Below, in pieces: positions 40,287 to 49,730 of a stretch of 64,000 nucleotides of DNA. Each line of letters starts with the position of its first letter. Position 1 is the first letter of the stretch. The stretch lies in the NCBI GenBank assembly GCA_000146465.1, contig CP001947.1. One strand, given 5' to 3'. A model generated the notes under the pieces. That model was not told the DNA's origin. It worked only from the letters and a program-made list of their open reading frames with translations, and made no database searches. Made by a program: the position numbers and the translations under genes.

Positions 40287-41948
40287 CTATCTTCTTAGAA
40301 CAATGAGTCTAGAGGTTATCAATAAACTTATCAACACAATCATCAGTAAGATTACGGATCTACTTCTAATGACAGCTAGAGTATTAGCCTTCTGACTCCA
40401 GATGTCCGGAAGTTTTATTGGGGAAAAAAGTGAAGTGAAGACTGGAGAACATACATCGTACTGGTCCAGACACCAGAGACTGCCATCCTTAGATGAGCAC
40501 TTTGTGCTGGGAAATTTCCCTACTCTTTCGCACATCAAGGCTTCTGTTTGCAATACTCCTTTCTTGCAGAAGCCTTCTGGGACCGGCCTAGACCCATCCT
40601 GAGCATACTTGATTCTGCATATAGGGGATTCTCCGTCGCAGTAACTCCCCTCCTCACAGTTCATCTTGTGAATATTTGAAGATCTTTCTTTGCACATTGT
40701 GTTTTTTGGAAGTAAGCTGCAGTCTTTACAACATCTTCCATTTCGGTCATCGCACTGTGCCCCAGACCTTAACTTGCATTGTCTAGTACAGCAAAGAGAA
40801 CCATTTGGAAGACCTGAGTCACACTCTTTTTCTCCCTCAACCACGCCATTTCCACAAGTGTCTATCTCATCGAACTGGATCTTGTTCTTCAGAATAAACC
40901 TTTCTATTTGCTTTATGTTTCGGTTACTGAGGACAGCACTCTCTTCCTTCTCTAACGGACCCTCTTCCTCCCTCATTAGACACCCTTTATCCAAATCGTG
41001 TTCTGCACCCAGCCCATGTGCTATCTCATGTGCAAGCACCTTCCCCTTATAGAAGTACGAGTCCGACTCCAATATCTTAACAACTCCAAATCTCCTTGTG
41101 ATAGAGCCCATTCCTCCAACAAACGTCAACCCATTCACTTTTATGCTGGATGTCTGAAGAAGAAGGACAAGATTAGACTTCTCTAGGAGCATCCCTATCC
41201 TTGTATTCTCTTTTACAGGCCTGAGGATCCTACTAAATTTCCTGAGTGTTCCAACACTATCGGTTTTTTCAATCCATTCTGGATCAATGTCTCTCGTTTT
41301 TATCATTTCTAACTCTCGTAGTCTAACGTAAGATTTCGGAATCAAAGGCTTGTCTATAACATTAAGTATTCCATTCAGGGACAGCCTGATGCCATCGATG
41401 CTCCATCTGTTCCTTTCAAATATGTCTTTTGCGTTTCTGAATATTTCTATTGTGTCAAGATTGATGTCCGGACCTATCTCCTGAACTCTATCGAAGTCGT
41501 TGATCAAAAACACTTTGATAACTTTTTTAGTGTTCTTCACTTCTTTGCGCTCCTTGGAATCCTCTTGTCTATTCATGGAAATATTTCCCAGTTTCTTGAT
41601 TATGACTCTCCCATCTTCTCCCGATTGGATCCGATACATAACTCCAGAGGATACGAACGATCCATAAATGAAATTACAGAAGGATATTGAGCCGTAGCAC
41701 TCTTCTTCATCAAGACATTCAATGGAAAAGTCACACAGGTTCTGCCTCATGACTGTCCCATTGATTTCAAGGGATGAATCTGCCAGCTTAAGCCTGAAGT
41801 CTCTTCCAAAGGCTCTAAAGACCATAATGAGGCTGGAAGACAAGGGAACACTTTCCATTGGGATCATTTGGCCGCTAAGGTCTGCAAATTCCAGGCTTAT
41901 TTCCTCTGTTTTACAGAATACAAAAGAAAGCATAGAAAACAAAAGCAT
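40287..41948 (-). CDS. ADAM/reprolysin-like zinc metalloprotease with disintegrin/Cys-rich region and C-terminal TM anchor
   Basis: Signal peptide, zinc site 'HEIAHGLGAEHD' (HExxHxxGxxH) and a Cys-rich region (>25 Cys) that resembles disintegrin/ACR. Hydrophobic C-terminal segment. Confidence 0.7.
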   Translation of the reverse strand: MLLFSMLSFVFCKTEEISLEFADLSGQMIPMESVPLSSSLIMVFRAFGRDFRLKLADSSLEINGTVMRQNLCDFSIECLDEEECYGSISFCNFIYGSFVSSGVMYRIQSGEDGRVIIKKLGNISMNRQEDSKERKEVKNTKKVIKVFLINDFDRVQEIGPDINLDTIEIFRNAKDIFERNRWSIDGIRLSLNGILNVIDKPLIPKSYVRLRELEMIKTRDIDPEWIEKTDSVGTLRKFSRILRPVKENTRIGMLLEKSNLVLLLQTSSIKVNGLTFVGGMGSITRRFGVVKILESDSYFYKGKVLAHEIAHGLGAEHDLDKGCLMREEEGPLEKEESAVLSNRNIKQIERFILKNKIQFDEIDTCGNGVVEGEKECDSGLPNGSLCCTRQCKLRSGAQCDDRNGRCCKDCSLLPKNTMCKERSSNIHKMNCEEGSYCDGESPICRIKYAQDGSRPVPEGFCKKGVLQTEALMCERVGKFPSTKCSSKDGSLWCLDQYDVCSPVFTSLFSPIKLPDIWSQKANTLAVIRSRSVILLMIVLISLLITSRLIVLRR

Positions 41949-42038
41949 ATTGTTTACTAATTCCCCAGCAGCTTTGAGACATAAAACAATCGGCTTTGAA
42001 GGGAGCTCCAGATCTTAACAACGAGGACGGTCCCCTTG

Positions 42039-42710
42039 ATGTTAGTGAAAAATTTGATAAAAGCAGAAGAAAGATTTGATGGTAGAAAGATTAAGGAAAC
42101 AAGGAAGCTCGAAGTAGAGAAGATATCTAATTCCTGTCTGATCTCTATGGGGAAGTCTCGGCTGCTGGCTGTGTCCCAGAAAGGCATATCCAGGCCATAT
42201 GTGGACAAATCACATGAAGGAATAGTGAACTTCAGCATATCCATGGGAGGAAAAAGACATGAAAGATTGGTGAACTTCCTCCACAAGGTGTATATCAAGC
42301 AGAAAAGTATCGATCTTGAGAGCCTCTGTATCAAGTTAAATGAAGAGGTTGTACTGATTCATATAGACCTAAGGATTCTGTCCTGTGACGGAAGTATCTA
42401 TAGTCTTATAGTCCAAGGCGTGAATTCTGTGCTGGAGACCCTTGGAGTGAAAATGAACTACATGCCCCAGTGCTTTTCTTACTGCTCAATTGACAATGTG
42501 GTCATCACAGACCCTTCGGAAAATGAACAAATCGAGGAAGATTGGAATTGTGTTGTGGTGATGAAGTCGCCTAAGGAAATAGTTTTTCTTGAGAAGATAG
42601 GAAGGGAATGCAGCATAGAACAAGTGTTCGAAACCATCGATAGATCTGTCAAAGACTTCGTGGTGCCTCTCCCAGGAACAGAAGGGGAGAAATGGCTTAG
42701 AAGCACTTGA
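42039..42710 (+). CDS. exosome RNase PH-like non-catalytic subunit (Rrp42/Rrp45/Mtr3 family)
   Basis: Exosome-subunit pattern 'R.DGR…ETR…GSRLLAV'. First ATG is at 42039; track start is TTG. Confidence 0.55.
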   Translation: MLVKNLIKAEERFDGRKIKETRKLEVEKISNSCLISMGKSRLLAVSQKGISRPYVDKSHEGIVNFSISMGGKRHERLVNFLHKVYIKQKSIDLESLCIKLNEEVVLIHIDLRILSCDGSIYSLIVQGVNSVLETLGVKMNYMPQCFSYCSIDNVVITDPSENEQIEEDWNCVVVMKSPKEIVFLEKIGRECSIEQVFETIDRSVKDFVVPLPGTEGEKWLRST

Positions 42711-42742
42711 CGAATAACTTTTTGTCTCTAGAATCCCTTTGA

Positions 42743-43336
42743 ATGGGATTTCTTTTCCAGGGAGCAGAGTCGATCATTTCAGATGACGGAGAGACTATTT
42801 CAAAGAAGCGTGTAAGCAAGTCTTATAGAATAAAGACTCTGGATCAGAAGATAACAAGGAGTAGGACAAGACGGGAGGCTAAAATTCTGAAGAAACTTGA
42901 GGAACTCGGGATGCCAGCACCAAGATTAATAAATGTGTGTGATGACACTATTGTGATGGAAAAGATAGATGGAGTGGTTCTTAAGAAAAGAATCGAGGAT
43001 TCCGATGACCCAAGAGCCCTCTTCTTCGAGCTAGGGACCCTTGTCTCCAAGATCCATCTTGCAAACATAGTTCATGGGGATCTAACAACATCGAACTTTA
43101 TATCGGGAGACAAAATATATGCAATTGACTTTGGACTATCCTATGTTTCCCTTAAGGACGAAGACAAGGCTGTTGATTTGTATGTTTTTGAAAGGGCAGT
43201 CGGATGTTCACACGATTCCAAATTCTTGGAGAACTTTTATGAAGGTTATATGAGGGGGGGAAATGAGGATGTGGTGAGGAGGCTGGAGTCTGTTCGTCTT
43301 CGGGGTAGAAAAAGAGAGTCCATGGCCTTTGGATGA
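42743..43336 (+). CDS. BUD32: KEOPS/EKC complex kinase Bud32 (PRPK/TP53RK)
   Basis: Minimal kinase at typical Bud32 size (197 aa) with 'IVHGDLTTSNFI', 'IDFGLS' and 'KAVDLYVFERA'. Confidence 0.85.
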   Translation: MGFLFQGAESIISDDGETISKKRVSKSYRIKTLDQKITRSRTRREAKILKKLEELGMPAPRLINVCDDTIVMEKIDGVVLKKRIEDSDDPRALFFELGTLVSKIHLANIVHGDLTTSNFISGDKIYAIDFGLSYVSLKDEDKAVDLYVFERAVGCSHDSKFLENFYEGYMRGGNEDVVRRLESVRLRGRKRESMAFG

Positions 43337-43380
43337 GGAAACTATTAAAGATCTTATAGGAATTTGGACCTGGGAATGGC

Positions 43381-43384
43381 AAAA
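43381..43384 (-). terminator. Pol III oligo-T terminator immediately 3' of tRNA-Gly
   Basis: 'aaaa' on the plus strand reads as TTTT directly after the tRNA discriminator base on the minus strand. Confidence 0.4.
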
Positions 43385-43455
43385 TGCATCATCCGAGAAT
43401 CGAACTCGGGCCAGCCAGATGGCAACCGGCTATTATACCACTAAACTAATGATGC
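43385..43455 (-). tRNA. tRNA-Gly (anticodon GCC)
   Basis: Minus-strand read GCATCAT-TA-GTTTAGTGGTATAAT-A-GCCGG-TTGCCAT-CTGGC-TGG-CCCGAGTTCGATTCTCGG-ATGATGC-A. Cloverleaf with 7-bp acceptor stem, 5-bp anticodon stem and GTTCGATTC T-loop. Near-identical in architecture to yeast tRNA-Gly(GCC). CCA is not encoded. Confidence 0.85.
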
Positions 43456-43571
43456 TTGATGCCGTGCTCTGCAACAGTCTTTTTCCCAGCCTTCCAAAAA
43501 GATGGTTCAAACAAAAACACCAAAATAACATCATACAACAATAGAACACTCTGTTTAATTCACATACCCAA

Positions 43572-44276
43572 CTATCCAACACTTATTCCATGCTTCTTCA
43601 TTATATCTCCAAACTCCTTCTTAAAGTGTTCAACAGCTTCCATGTCACCGTCTAGAACCCCGTCGATGATCCTGCTGACTAGAAACACAACTCTGTGTCT
43701 TTCGCATTCTTTGACAGAACTCCCTCTCATCGTCTTACCTCTATTCAGAATCTCGCACACATCGGAAACAAGATCTACCATGTCCGACACATGCTTTTTG
43801 CTTTCTTCTGCAAGTTCTTTCAATTCAGAGTAAACTTTCTCATTTCTCTCCGGCTCCACCAGGCCCATTCTCCTTTGAAGGAAAAGAATGGTCTTTTTTA
43901 TTTCCTCGTTCTCCCTTCGAAGCCCAACTATCTCCTCTCTCTCTGTATTTTTAAGTCCCTCTATCGTTTCCTCCAGCCTTCTTATCTTTGATTCGTAGAC
44001 GTGAGCCTGGTGTTCCAAAGTCCTTGGCTCGCCTATGTCTCTGGGCTCGCACACAAGACCCTCTCTGATCTTCTCATATCTTATGAATATTCCATGCCTG
44101 TCCTTGCAGTGAAAATATCTTACTCCATTGACACTTCCATTGTTGGCCCCTACAGGGTCATCCAGCTCCAATCCTATCCACTTCCCGTCCTTCGACTTTA
44201 TTCTCCCAATATACCTCACTGTCCCTTTGAACTTATCTCCAAGCGTCAGTCTGTCGTTGACCGTCAGCAAAGACAT
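43572..44276 (-). CDS. CAP-Gly domain protein with coiled-coil (dynactin p150/CLIP-like)
   Basis: CAP-Gly signature 'GKWIGLELDDPVGANNGSVNGVRYFHCKDRHGIF' followed by a coiled-coil. Track start 44306 is TTG; first ATG is at 44276. Confidence 0.6.
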   Translation of the reverse strand: MSLLTVNDRLTLGDKFKGTVRYIGRIKSKDGKWIGLELDDPVGANNGSVNGVRYFHCKDRHGIFIRYEKIREGLVCEPRDIGEPRTLEHQAHVYESKIRRLEETIEGLKNTEREEIVGLRRENEEIKKTILFLQRRMGLVEPERNEKVYSELKELAEESKKHVSDMVDLVSDVCEILNRGKTMRGSSVKECERHRVVFLVSRIIDGVLDGDMEAVEHFKKEFGDIMKKHGISVG

Positions 44277-44323
44277 ACGACTTCTGCACCCCTTAACTTG
44301 GCCCAAAAAAATAGTCCCTACGA

Positions 44324-44587
44324 ATGGATCAGGACCTTATCACTCTTGATATTCCAGAACTAAATGAAATTCCAAGCATAGGTCTTGACGATCTGGATTC
44401 CCAGTACTCTGTAGAAAACGAGTCCATTGATTCCGGAAGCGGGGAGGTTGACAGCACAAACATCGCCAAAATACATGAGTATCTAGACAAAGACTTGAAA
44501 GATCAGGATCTTCTAATAGAAAAGCTAAAGACATTTGAAGAAAAGCTAGACAGCTACATAAATGCACATGGAATTTATAGAACTTGA
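44324..44587 (+). CDS. small acidic hypothetical protein
   Basis: 87 aa, D/E-rich, ATG verified. Occupies the only gap between two minus-strand genes. Confidence 0.3.
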   Translation: MDQDLITLDIPELNEIPSIGLDDLDSQYSVENESIDSGSGEVDSTNIAKIHEYLDKDLKDQDLLIEKLKTFEEKLDSYINAHGIYRT

Positions 44588-44632
44588 AGTACTGAATTAT
44601 TCTTTGGGTTTTAATAGATAGGACAATAAAAG

Positions 44633-46960
44633 TCATCTTTTTTTCTTGTATCTCTTCTTCATCATGTCTTTATGGTTGTCATGTATGGTTTTTTTGATTC
44701 TCTGTTCTCTTTCTTTTTCTTTCTTCCTCAAGCTCTCTTCTTTCATCCGTCGAGCATTCTCTTCTTTCTCTGCTTCCTCTTTATCCTTTTTCATCCTCTC
44801 CCTCATAATGCTGTTTCTAATTTCATGTTTCTCTTTGTAGTCAGGAGGAATCGGCAGTTCAATCTTTTGGCTTACAACAGGAATGCTCCTTCTATCAAAT
44901 GGAAGCTGGCTTTCGATCTTTTGAGGAAGGCTGTAGTCCTCCTCGGGAACAACACACTCTTCGTCTCCCGAAGAAGACTCTTCAGGGCCGTAGTTGTGTA
45001 TGAGCCCTAAGGACTCTCTTATCTCGTGTAATCTACGAAGTCCTCTCCAGCTGGTCTCCAAGTTGTTGACCGGAATGAAAATTTTGTGCACCTCGGCAGG
45101 AACAAAGCATCTCAATGTTATTATGTCACTCATCAGCATCCTTCCTTCAAATGTAGCTCGGTACTCCCCGTTCTTACCCCGGGGCTCCTTTATTTGCCCT
45201 CTAAGCCCACTCACAGCCTTAAGTGATGCTCCCTGAAACTTCAGCACTTCAAGATCAGAAGTAAACATGTCCTGAACAAACACTGTATTCTGCACAATCT
45301 GTTTAGGATACCCAACTAGCTTCAACTTCTTGACCAGCTTTGCGTCTCCGTTGACATCCGTCACTGTCCCAAGTGCCAGCACCCTGAAGTCTCCCTTCTC
45401 ACTGTATACAGAAAATCCAGTTCCTGCTGGAACAACAGGCCCATAGAAGGAAACATTGCAATGCATCGACTCGGGAGTATACTTTATCACCCTGTTCCTA
45501 GTTGCATCCTTCATACTAAAAACAGGAACACACTGGAATCTTTTCCATCCAACAGAGAAAATTGCCGGTTCGTTTGTCTTCAGAATCTTCTTGTACCACT
45601 TGTATCTTTTTATTTTTCCTTGGATTATGTTCGTTTCCTTTTCTGCAACAAGAAAACTTCCAAGGACAATAACATTGCTAAAATCAATCAATTGCGAAAT
45701 ATGGGTCGACAATCTAATTTTGACATACTTTCCAGGAACAACCACCCCAGGAACCATCATCTCCGAGTTTCTCTTCATTTCTTCTTCAAGCCTTCTTTTT
45801 TCTCGGAGGAGAATGTTTCCTTTTTCTTTCTCCTTCTCTTCGTATCCCTTATTAAATTTTTCGACAAGCTCCTCTTCGGTGACTGCTTCTTTTTCAAATC
45901 TATTTGAAGTCATTTCCTTCAGCTCCGACAAGCTGAAGTTCGACTCATCTTCTTCAATGCACTTTTTTTCCAAGTCCTCTTCTTCGTCCTTACTTGAAAT
46001 GGAGTCCTCCTCATCCACATCCACTTCCTTTCCAACGCTTTTGCCTCCCTTGAAAATCTTAATCTCCATATCCGAATCAATTTCAATCTTTACTTTGTTT
46101 TCCTTCTCGTCGTCTTCTCTCTTGCTTTCCACTACCTCGGACATTGGAGAATACAGAATCTTGGACCTTAAAGAAAGTTTGTTTTCTCCCTGGCTCGGAA
46201 CAGGATCTGCTAGAACTTCCATCTCGGCTACTCGATTGTCCCCAAGGCCGGGAATATGAATATCCATGTCCTTCTTCATAAGGCCTCCTCTTACATATCC
46301 ATAGACAAACATCCCGTCCACCCTGTCGGCAATAACATGGGGATGCATGCACTTCCACTCTATGGGCCTGTACTTCATCACTCCAACAGTTCTACAAAGC
46401 TTTAGCAGATCAGCATCTGTATATCTTCCTCCTTCGACATTCCCCACATAGAAGAACTTGATTCCAGGACATATCTCCTCCCATATTCTTTTTTTGATAG
46501 ACTTCAAGTACTTCGGGTTTCTGCAGTTATCGGTATTCGTCACAACACATAAAATCTTCGAAAGCCCATGAGACATCAGAAGAGTGAGAAACTCAAAAGT
46601 CTCCATTTCCAATCCTGCCATACTGTTGATGGTAAAAATTACCAAGTCCGATATCTTGGATACATCAACAAACTGGTGGATATCCACTCTCGACTCAAAC
46701 AATGTGATTCTCTTTGTTTTGGATGAAGACAGTGTCACAGGACCCCTCGGCCTGTCCAAAAGTTGATGGGTAAAGTATTTCACCATCGACCTCATTAGAG
46801 TGCTCTTCCCACTTCCTGAGGGCCCTACTATTGATACAAATGCAGGAGGCAAGTCTTTGTAGAACATGTTCTCAATTGGGACCTTTGCTATTTTCTCTTC
46901 GTGTCTTAGTTGCCCGTTGGCCACTCTTCTTGTTTTTTTGCCGTCCGTCTTTTCATTCAT
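44633..46960 (-). CDS. BMS1: ribosome biogenesis GTPase Bms1
   Basis: N-terminal P-loop 'IVGPSGSGKSTLMRSMV' in the Bms1 context ('PPAFVSIVGP…'), plus an acidic/Lys-rich middle and a C-terminal Bms1/Tsr1 (AARP2CN-like) region. Confidence 0.7.
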   Translation of the reverse strand: MNEKTDGKKTRRVANGQLRHEEKIAKVPIENMFYKDLPPAFVSIVGPSGSGKSTLMRSMVKYFTHQLLDRPRGPVTLSSSKTKRITLFESRVDIHQFVDVSKISDLVIFTINSMAGLEMETFEFLTLLMSHGLSKILCVVTNTDNCRNPKYLKSIKKRIWEEICPGIKFFYVGNVEGGRYTDADLLKLCRTVGVMKYRPIEWKCMHPHVIADRVDGMFVYGYVRGGLMKKDMDIHIPGLGDNRVAEMEVLADPVPSQGENKLSLRSKILYSPMSEVVESKREDDEKENKVKIEIDSDMEIKIFKGGKSVGKEVDVDEEDSISSKDEEEDLEKKCIEEDESNFSLSELKEMTSNRFEKEAVTEEELVEKFNKGYEEKEKEKGNILLREKRRLEEEMKRNSEMMVPGVVVPGKYVKIRLSTHISQLIDFSNVIVLGSFLVAEKETNIIQGKIKRYKWYKKILKTNEPAIFSVGWKRFQCVPVFSMKDATRNRVIKYTPESMHCNVSFYGPVVPAGTGFSVYSEKGDFRVLALGTVTDVNGDAKLVKKLKLVGYPKQIVQNTVFVQDMFTSDLEVLKFQGASLKAVSGLRGQIKEPRGKNGEYRATFEGRMLMSDIITLRCFVPAEVHKIFIPVNNLETSWRGLRRLHEIRESLGLIHNYGPEESSSGDEECVVPEEDYSLPQKIESQLPFDRRSIPVVSQKIELPIPPDYKEKHEIRNSIMRERMKKDKEEAEKEENARRMKEESLRKKEKEREQRIKKTIHDNHKDMMKKRYKKKR

Positions 46961-47002
46961 AAGCTAGGGTAAGATTAATAAGAAATAACATATTTACCCT
47001 TC

Positions 47003-47437
47003 ATGACCATTGGAGAGATAAAAGTCCATAAGATACATCCCAAGGCCAAGATTCCGAAGAGGCACTCGGACGGAGCTGCCGGTTATGACATATACTCTGT
47101 GGAATCAGGAAGTGTTCTACCAAACGAAAGGAAATCTATACGTACTGGGCTAATATGGGATATCCCCCAGTCGATTGTAGGATTGGTCTTTGGAAGATCT
47201 GGATTTGCTCTAAAAAATTGGATCGAGGTGGCAGAATCATGTATATATCCAGGAGAGAGCAAAGAGCTGGTAATAACTCTTATTAACAATGGAAAAGATG
47301 TATTCCAGTATGAGGAGTCCTGCCGTATAGCCCAACTTGTATTTGTTCCTGTGCTGAGTTGCGAAATAGATCTTGTAGACTCCTTGGATTCAACGGAAAG
47401 AGGCAGTCTAGGATTTGGATCAACCGGAATGAAATAA
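47003..47437 (+). CDS. DUT1: dUTP pyrophosphatase (dUTPase)
   Basis: dUTPase motifs 'AAGYDIYS', 'GLVFGRSGFALKN' and a C-terminal 'RGSLGFGSTG' motif V. Confidence 0.85.
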   Translation: MTIGEIKVHKIHPKAKIPKRHSDGAAGYDIYSVESGSVLPNERKSIRTGLIWDIPQSIVGLVFGRSGFALKNWIEVAESCIYPGESKELVITLINNGKDVFQYEESCRIAQLVFVPVLSCEIDLVDSLDSTERGSLGFGSTGMK

Positions 47438-47447
47438 AATTTTGGGT

Positions 47448-47855
47448 TTAATGATCAATTTTGTTGTAGATCAGACTTTGTTTCCAGTGCTTCATGTCTC
47501 TTTTTTTCTCTTTTCTCTTAACCTTTTCTGCAAGTTTTTTCCATTGCAGTTCTGTCTTTACAGGAATCCCAAACATTCTCCGGGTGTAGACCTCAATGGT
47601 GTTTTCCTCCCCTTCCGGCTTATGTTCTCTCATCTTTAAGAGTCTCCATATCAGTCTGTCGAGCTTCATCACAATCCTTTCCAGGTCCATAAACGCCACT
47701 TCAACCGGTAGGTCAAGTTCGCCCCTGGCTGCAAACTCTTGGCTTGCAATTTCGTTAGAACCAATAGATATACACCAAACCCAAAGAGCCGAGAAACTCT
47801 TCAGATTCATTATACACAGATGGAATGTTCCTATTTGTTTAGCAAATAACACCAT
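47448..47855 (-). CDS. hypothetical protein
   Basis: 135 aa, ATG verified. Basic C-terminus, no recognisable domain. Confidence 0.35.
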   Translation of the reverse strand: MVLFAKQIGTFHLCIMNLKSFSALWVWCISIGSNEIASQEFAARGELDLPVEVAFMDLERIVMKLDRLIWRLLKMREHKPEGEENTIEVYTRRMFGIPVKTELQWKKLAEKVKRKEKKRDMKHWKQSLIYNKIDH

Positions 47856-47929
47856 TTCGAAACATTACAGCACCTTCATCTAGAATAAGACTGGAGCTAA
47901 ATAAAAAGACATCTCCCAGGGCTAGAGGG

Positions 47930-49720
47930 ATGATAGAGTTCAAGTATCTGGGAACAAGGAGCGGTAAGTCGTTGATGCTATCAATAGACAATAAAAGATA
48001 TCTGTTTAATCTTTTTGAAGGGTTTCAGAGGTACTGCATCGAATCAAATGTCAGCATCAGCAAGATCTCTGTAATCTTTGTATCTGAGGAGACATCGGTT
48101 CCTCCGCTTGTGGGAACATATCTTACTCTAAGAGACATAAAAAAAGAAAGCCTTGACATTGTGTGTAGTTTGAGGCTAGAGAAGATGCTGGCCTTGGCAA
48201 GTGCCTTTGCAGATCCTATGGATCTAAGAATTAATTACATGAGGAATTATTCAGACGGGTTTATCAGCGTGGAAACAATCGAAAACACTCTTTCTGGAGA
48301 TTCTCGAGAAAGGAAGGAATCTTCCTTTATTCTGAACATTAGGCCTATTCGGGGAAGATTTCTTGTTGAAAAGGTTCCAAAAGACGTTCCAAAGCATTTA
48401 TACTCTAGACTCACGAGGAGAGAGAAGGTGGAACATAACGGAAGAGTGTATAATGGGGAGGAATACATGGAAGACGATATAGATGTCGGAGTTATTGCTG
48501 TTGTTTTTTCCTCGGGAAATTATGGGGAACTTTTGGAAAGGATGAGAAGAAGGGCCCCGAGGTACTTCTTTTGTTTTCAAAGAGATGTTGCTCAATTTCT
48601 CTCTTCTACCCTTGAAGGCCGTTTCTTCCTCTTGGAAGATAATCACTTTGTTGAGTATGGATCACTTTATGACATCCAGATTGGCTTAGGCTCAATACAT
48701 GGGGACTTTCTGTCGCCGCTTCCCTTTGAAAAGACAGCCTCCCCCTCTCCTTGGGATATGGAGAGTGTTCAGAGCGGAGACTTTCTCACATACGATAAGA
48801 ATTTAAGGTCTTTTTCCCATTTCCCTTCAAAGCAGAAAGAATACATCCCATGCACACGGAAACACGAAGAAAGGTCTATATTGTTTCTTGGAACCGGGTG
48901 TGCTATTCCATCTAAGTACAGAAATGTATCTGGAATACTCTACGAGTCCACCGACAGGGCTATTATGCTCGACTGTGGAGAAGATACTTTATTTCAAATA
49001 CATAGGGCCTATGGAGGATTTGACGTCCTAAAGAAGCTCAAGGCAATCTTCATATCACATTCTCATGCAGACCATATGCTGGGGATTATATCTGTGTTGA
49101 AGAAAGTAGGCCACAGGGTGAAGGTCTTTGCTCCAGTAGTCATAAGGCCGTTTGTTGAATGCTTTGGTGCTGGAGACTATGAATACATAGAAACAAACCA
49201 TGCAAAGATAGCAGAAAGAGAGTTTCGGGGAGACTTGGGATCAATGGGGGAATTTTCTCTAGGAAACATCAATGCAGAAGATTATTTTTTGAAGTTTGAC
49301 GTGGGATTTAGAATATCTATTTGTGGGGTTGACCACTGTTCAGACTCGTGTGGAATTAGAATTCAGGATGACACCACAGTTATAACATACTCTGGAGACT
49401 CAAGGCCCTCTATACTGTTTGGAATAATGTCCTCTGATTCTGATGTTATGATCCATGAAGCCACATTTGTCTTTGACCAGCAAGAAAGAGCCATGCATAC
49501 AGGCCATTCAACAGTAGACGGAGCTGTTGAAGTCTTTAGATCATCCAGATCAAAAGTCCTACTTCTCACACACTTTAGCCAAAGGTATTCAAAGGGCGTT
49601 ATAACTGACGGCCAGTGGATTCCTTGTGTGGATCTATTTAGATATGCGGTTGGATCAAGTGTCTATCCTAAGGACAAAATCAATGGTTATTATAGTAAGC
49701 TTGAATCTTCTAATAAGTAA
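47930..49720 (+). CDS. TRZ1: tRNase Z (ELAC2-like long-form RNase Z, metallo-beta-lactamase fold)
   Basis: His motif 'ISHSHADHMLG' in the C-terminal half, degenerate N-terminal pseudo-MBL half. Size and organisation are typical of the eukaryotic long form. Confidence 0.75.
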   Translation: MIEFKYLGTRSGKSLMLSIDNKRYLFNLFEGFQRYCIESNVSISKISVIFVSEETSVPPLVGTYLTLRDIKKESLDIVCSLRLEKMLALASAFADPMDLRINYMRNYSDGFISVETIENTLSGDSRERKESSFILNIRPIRGRFLVEKVPKDVPKHLYSRLTRREKVEHNGRVYNGEEYMEDDIDVGVIAVVFSSGNYGELLERMRRRAPRYFFCFQRDVAQFLSSTLEGRFFLLEDNHFVEYGSLYDIQIGLGSIHGDFLSPLPFEKTASPSPWDMESVQSGDFLTYDKNLRSFSHFPSKQKEYIPCTRKHEERSILFLGTGCAIPSKYRNVSGILYESTDRAIMLDCGEDTLFQIHRAYGGFDVLKKLKAIFISHSHADHMLGIISVLKKVGHRVKVFAPVVIRPFVECFGAGDYEYIETNHAKIAEREFRGDLGSMGEFSLGNINAEDYFLKFDVGFRISICGVDHCSDSCGIRIQDDTTVITYSGDSRPSILFGIMSSDSDVMIHEATFVFDQQERAMHTGHSTVDGAVEVFRSSRSKVLLLTHFSQRYSKGVITDGQWIPCVDLFRYAVGSSVYPKDKINGYYSKLESSNK

Positions 49721-49730
49721 ATGATATAAT

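Noticed and set aside
43329-43544. 71-aa plus-strand ORF
   Set aside because: Completely overlaps the tRNA-Gly(GCC) gene and its flanks. No coding signal. Artefact of ORF calling.
45456-46259. 267-aa and 148-aa Ser-rich plus-strand ORFs
   Set aside because: Antisense to the acidic/Lys-rich middle of the Bms1 gene. Low complexity.
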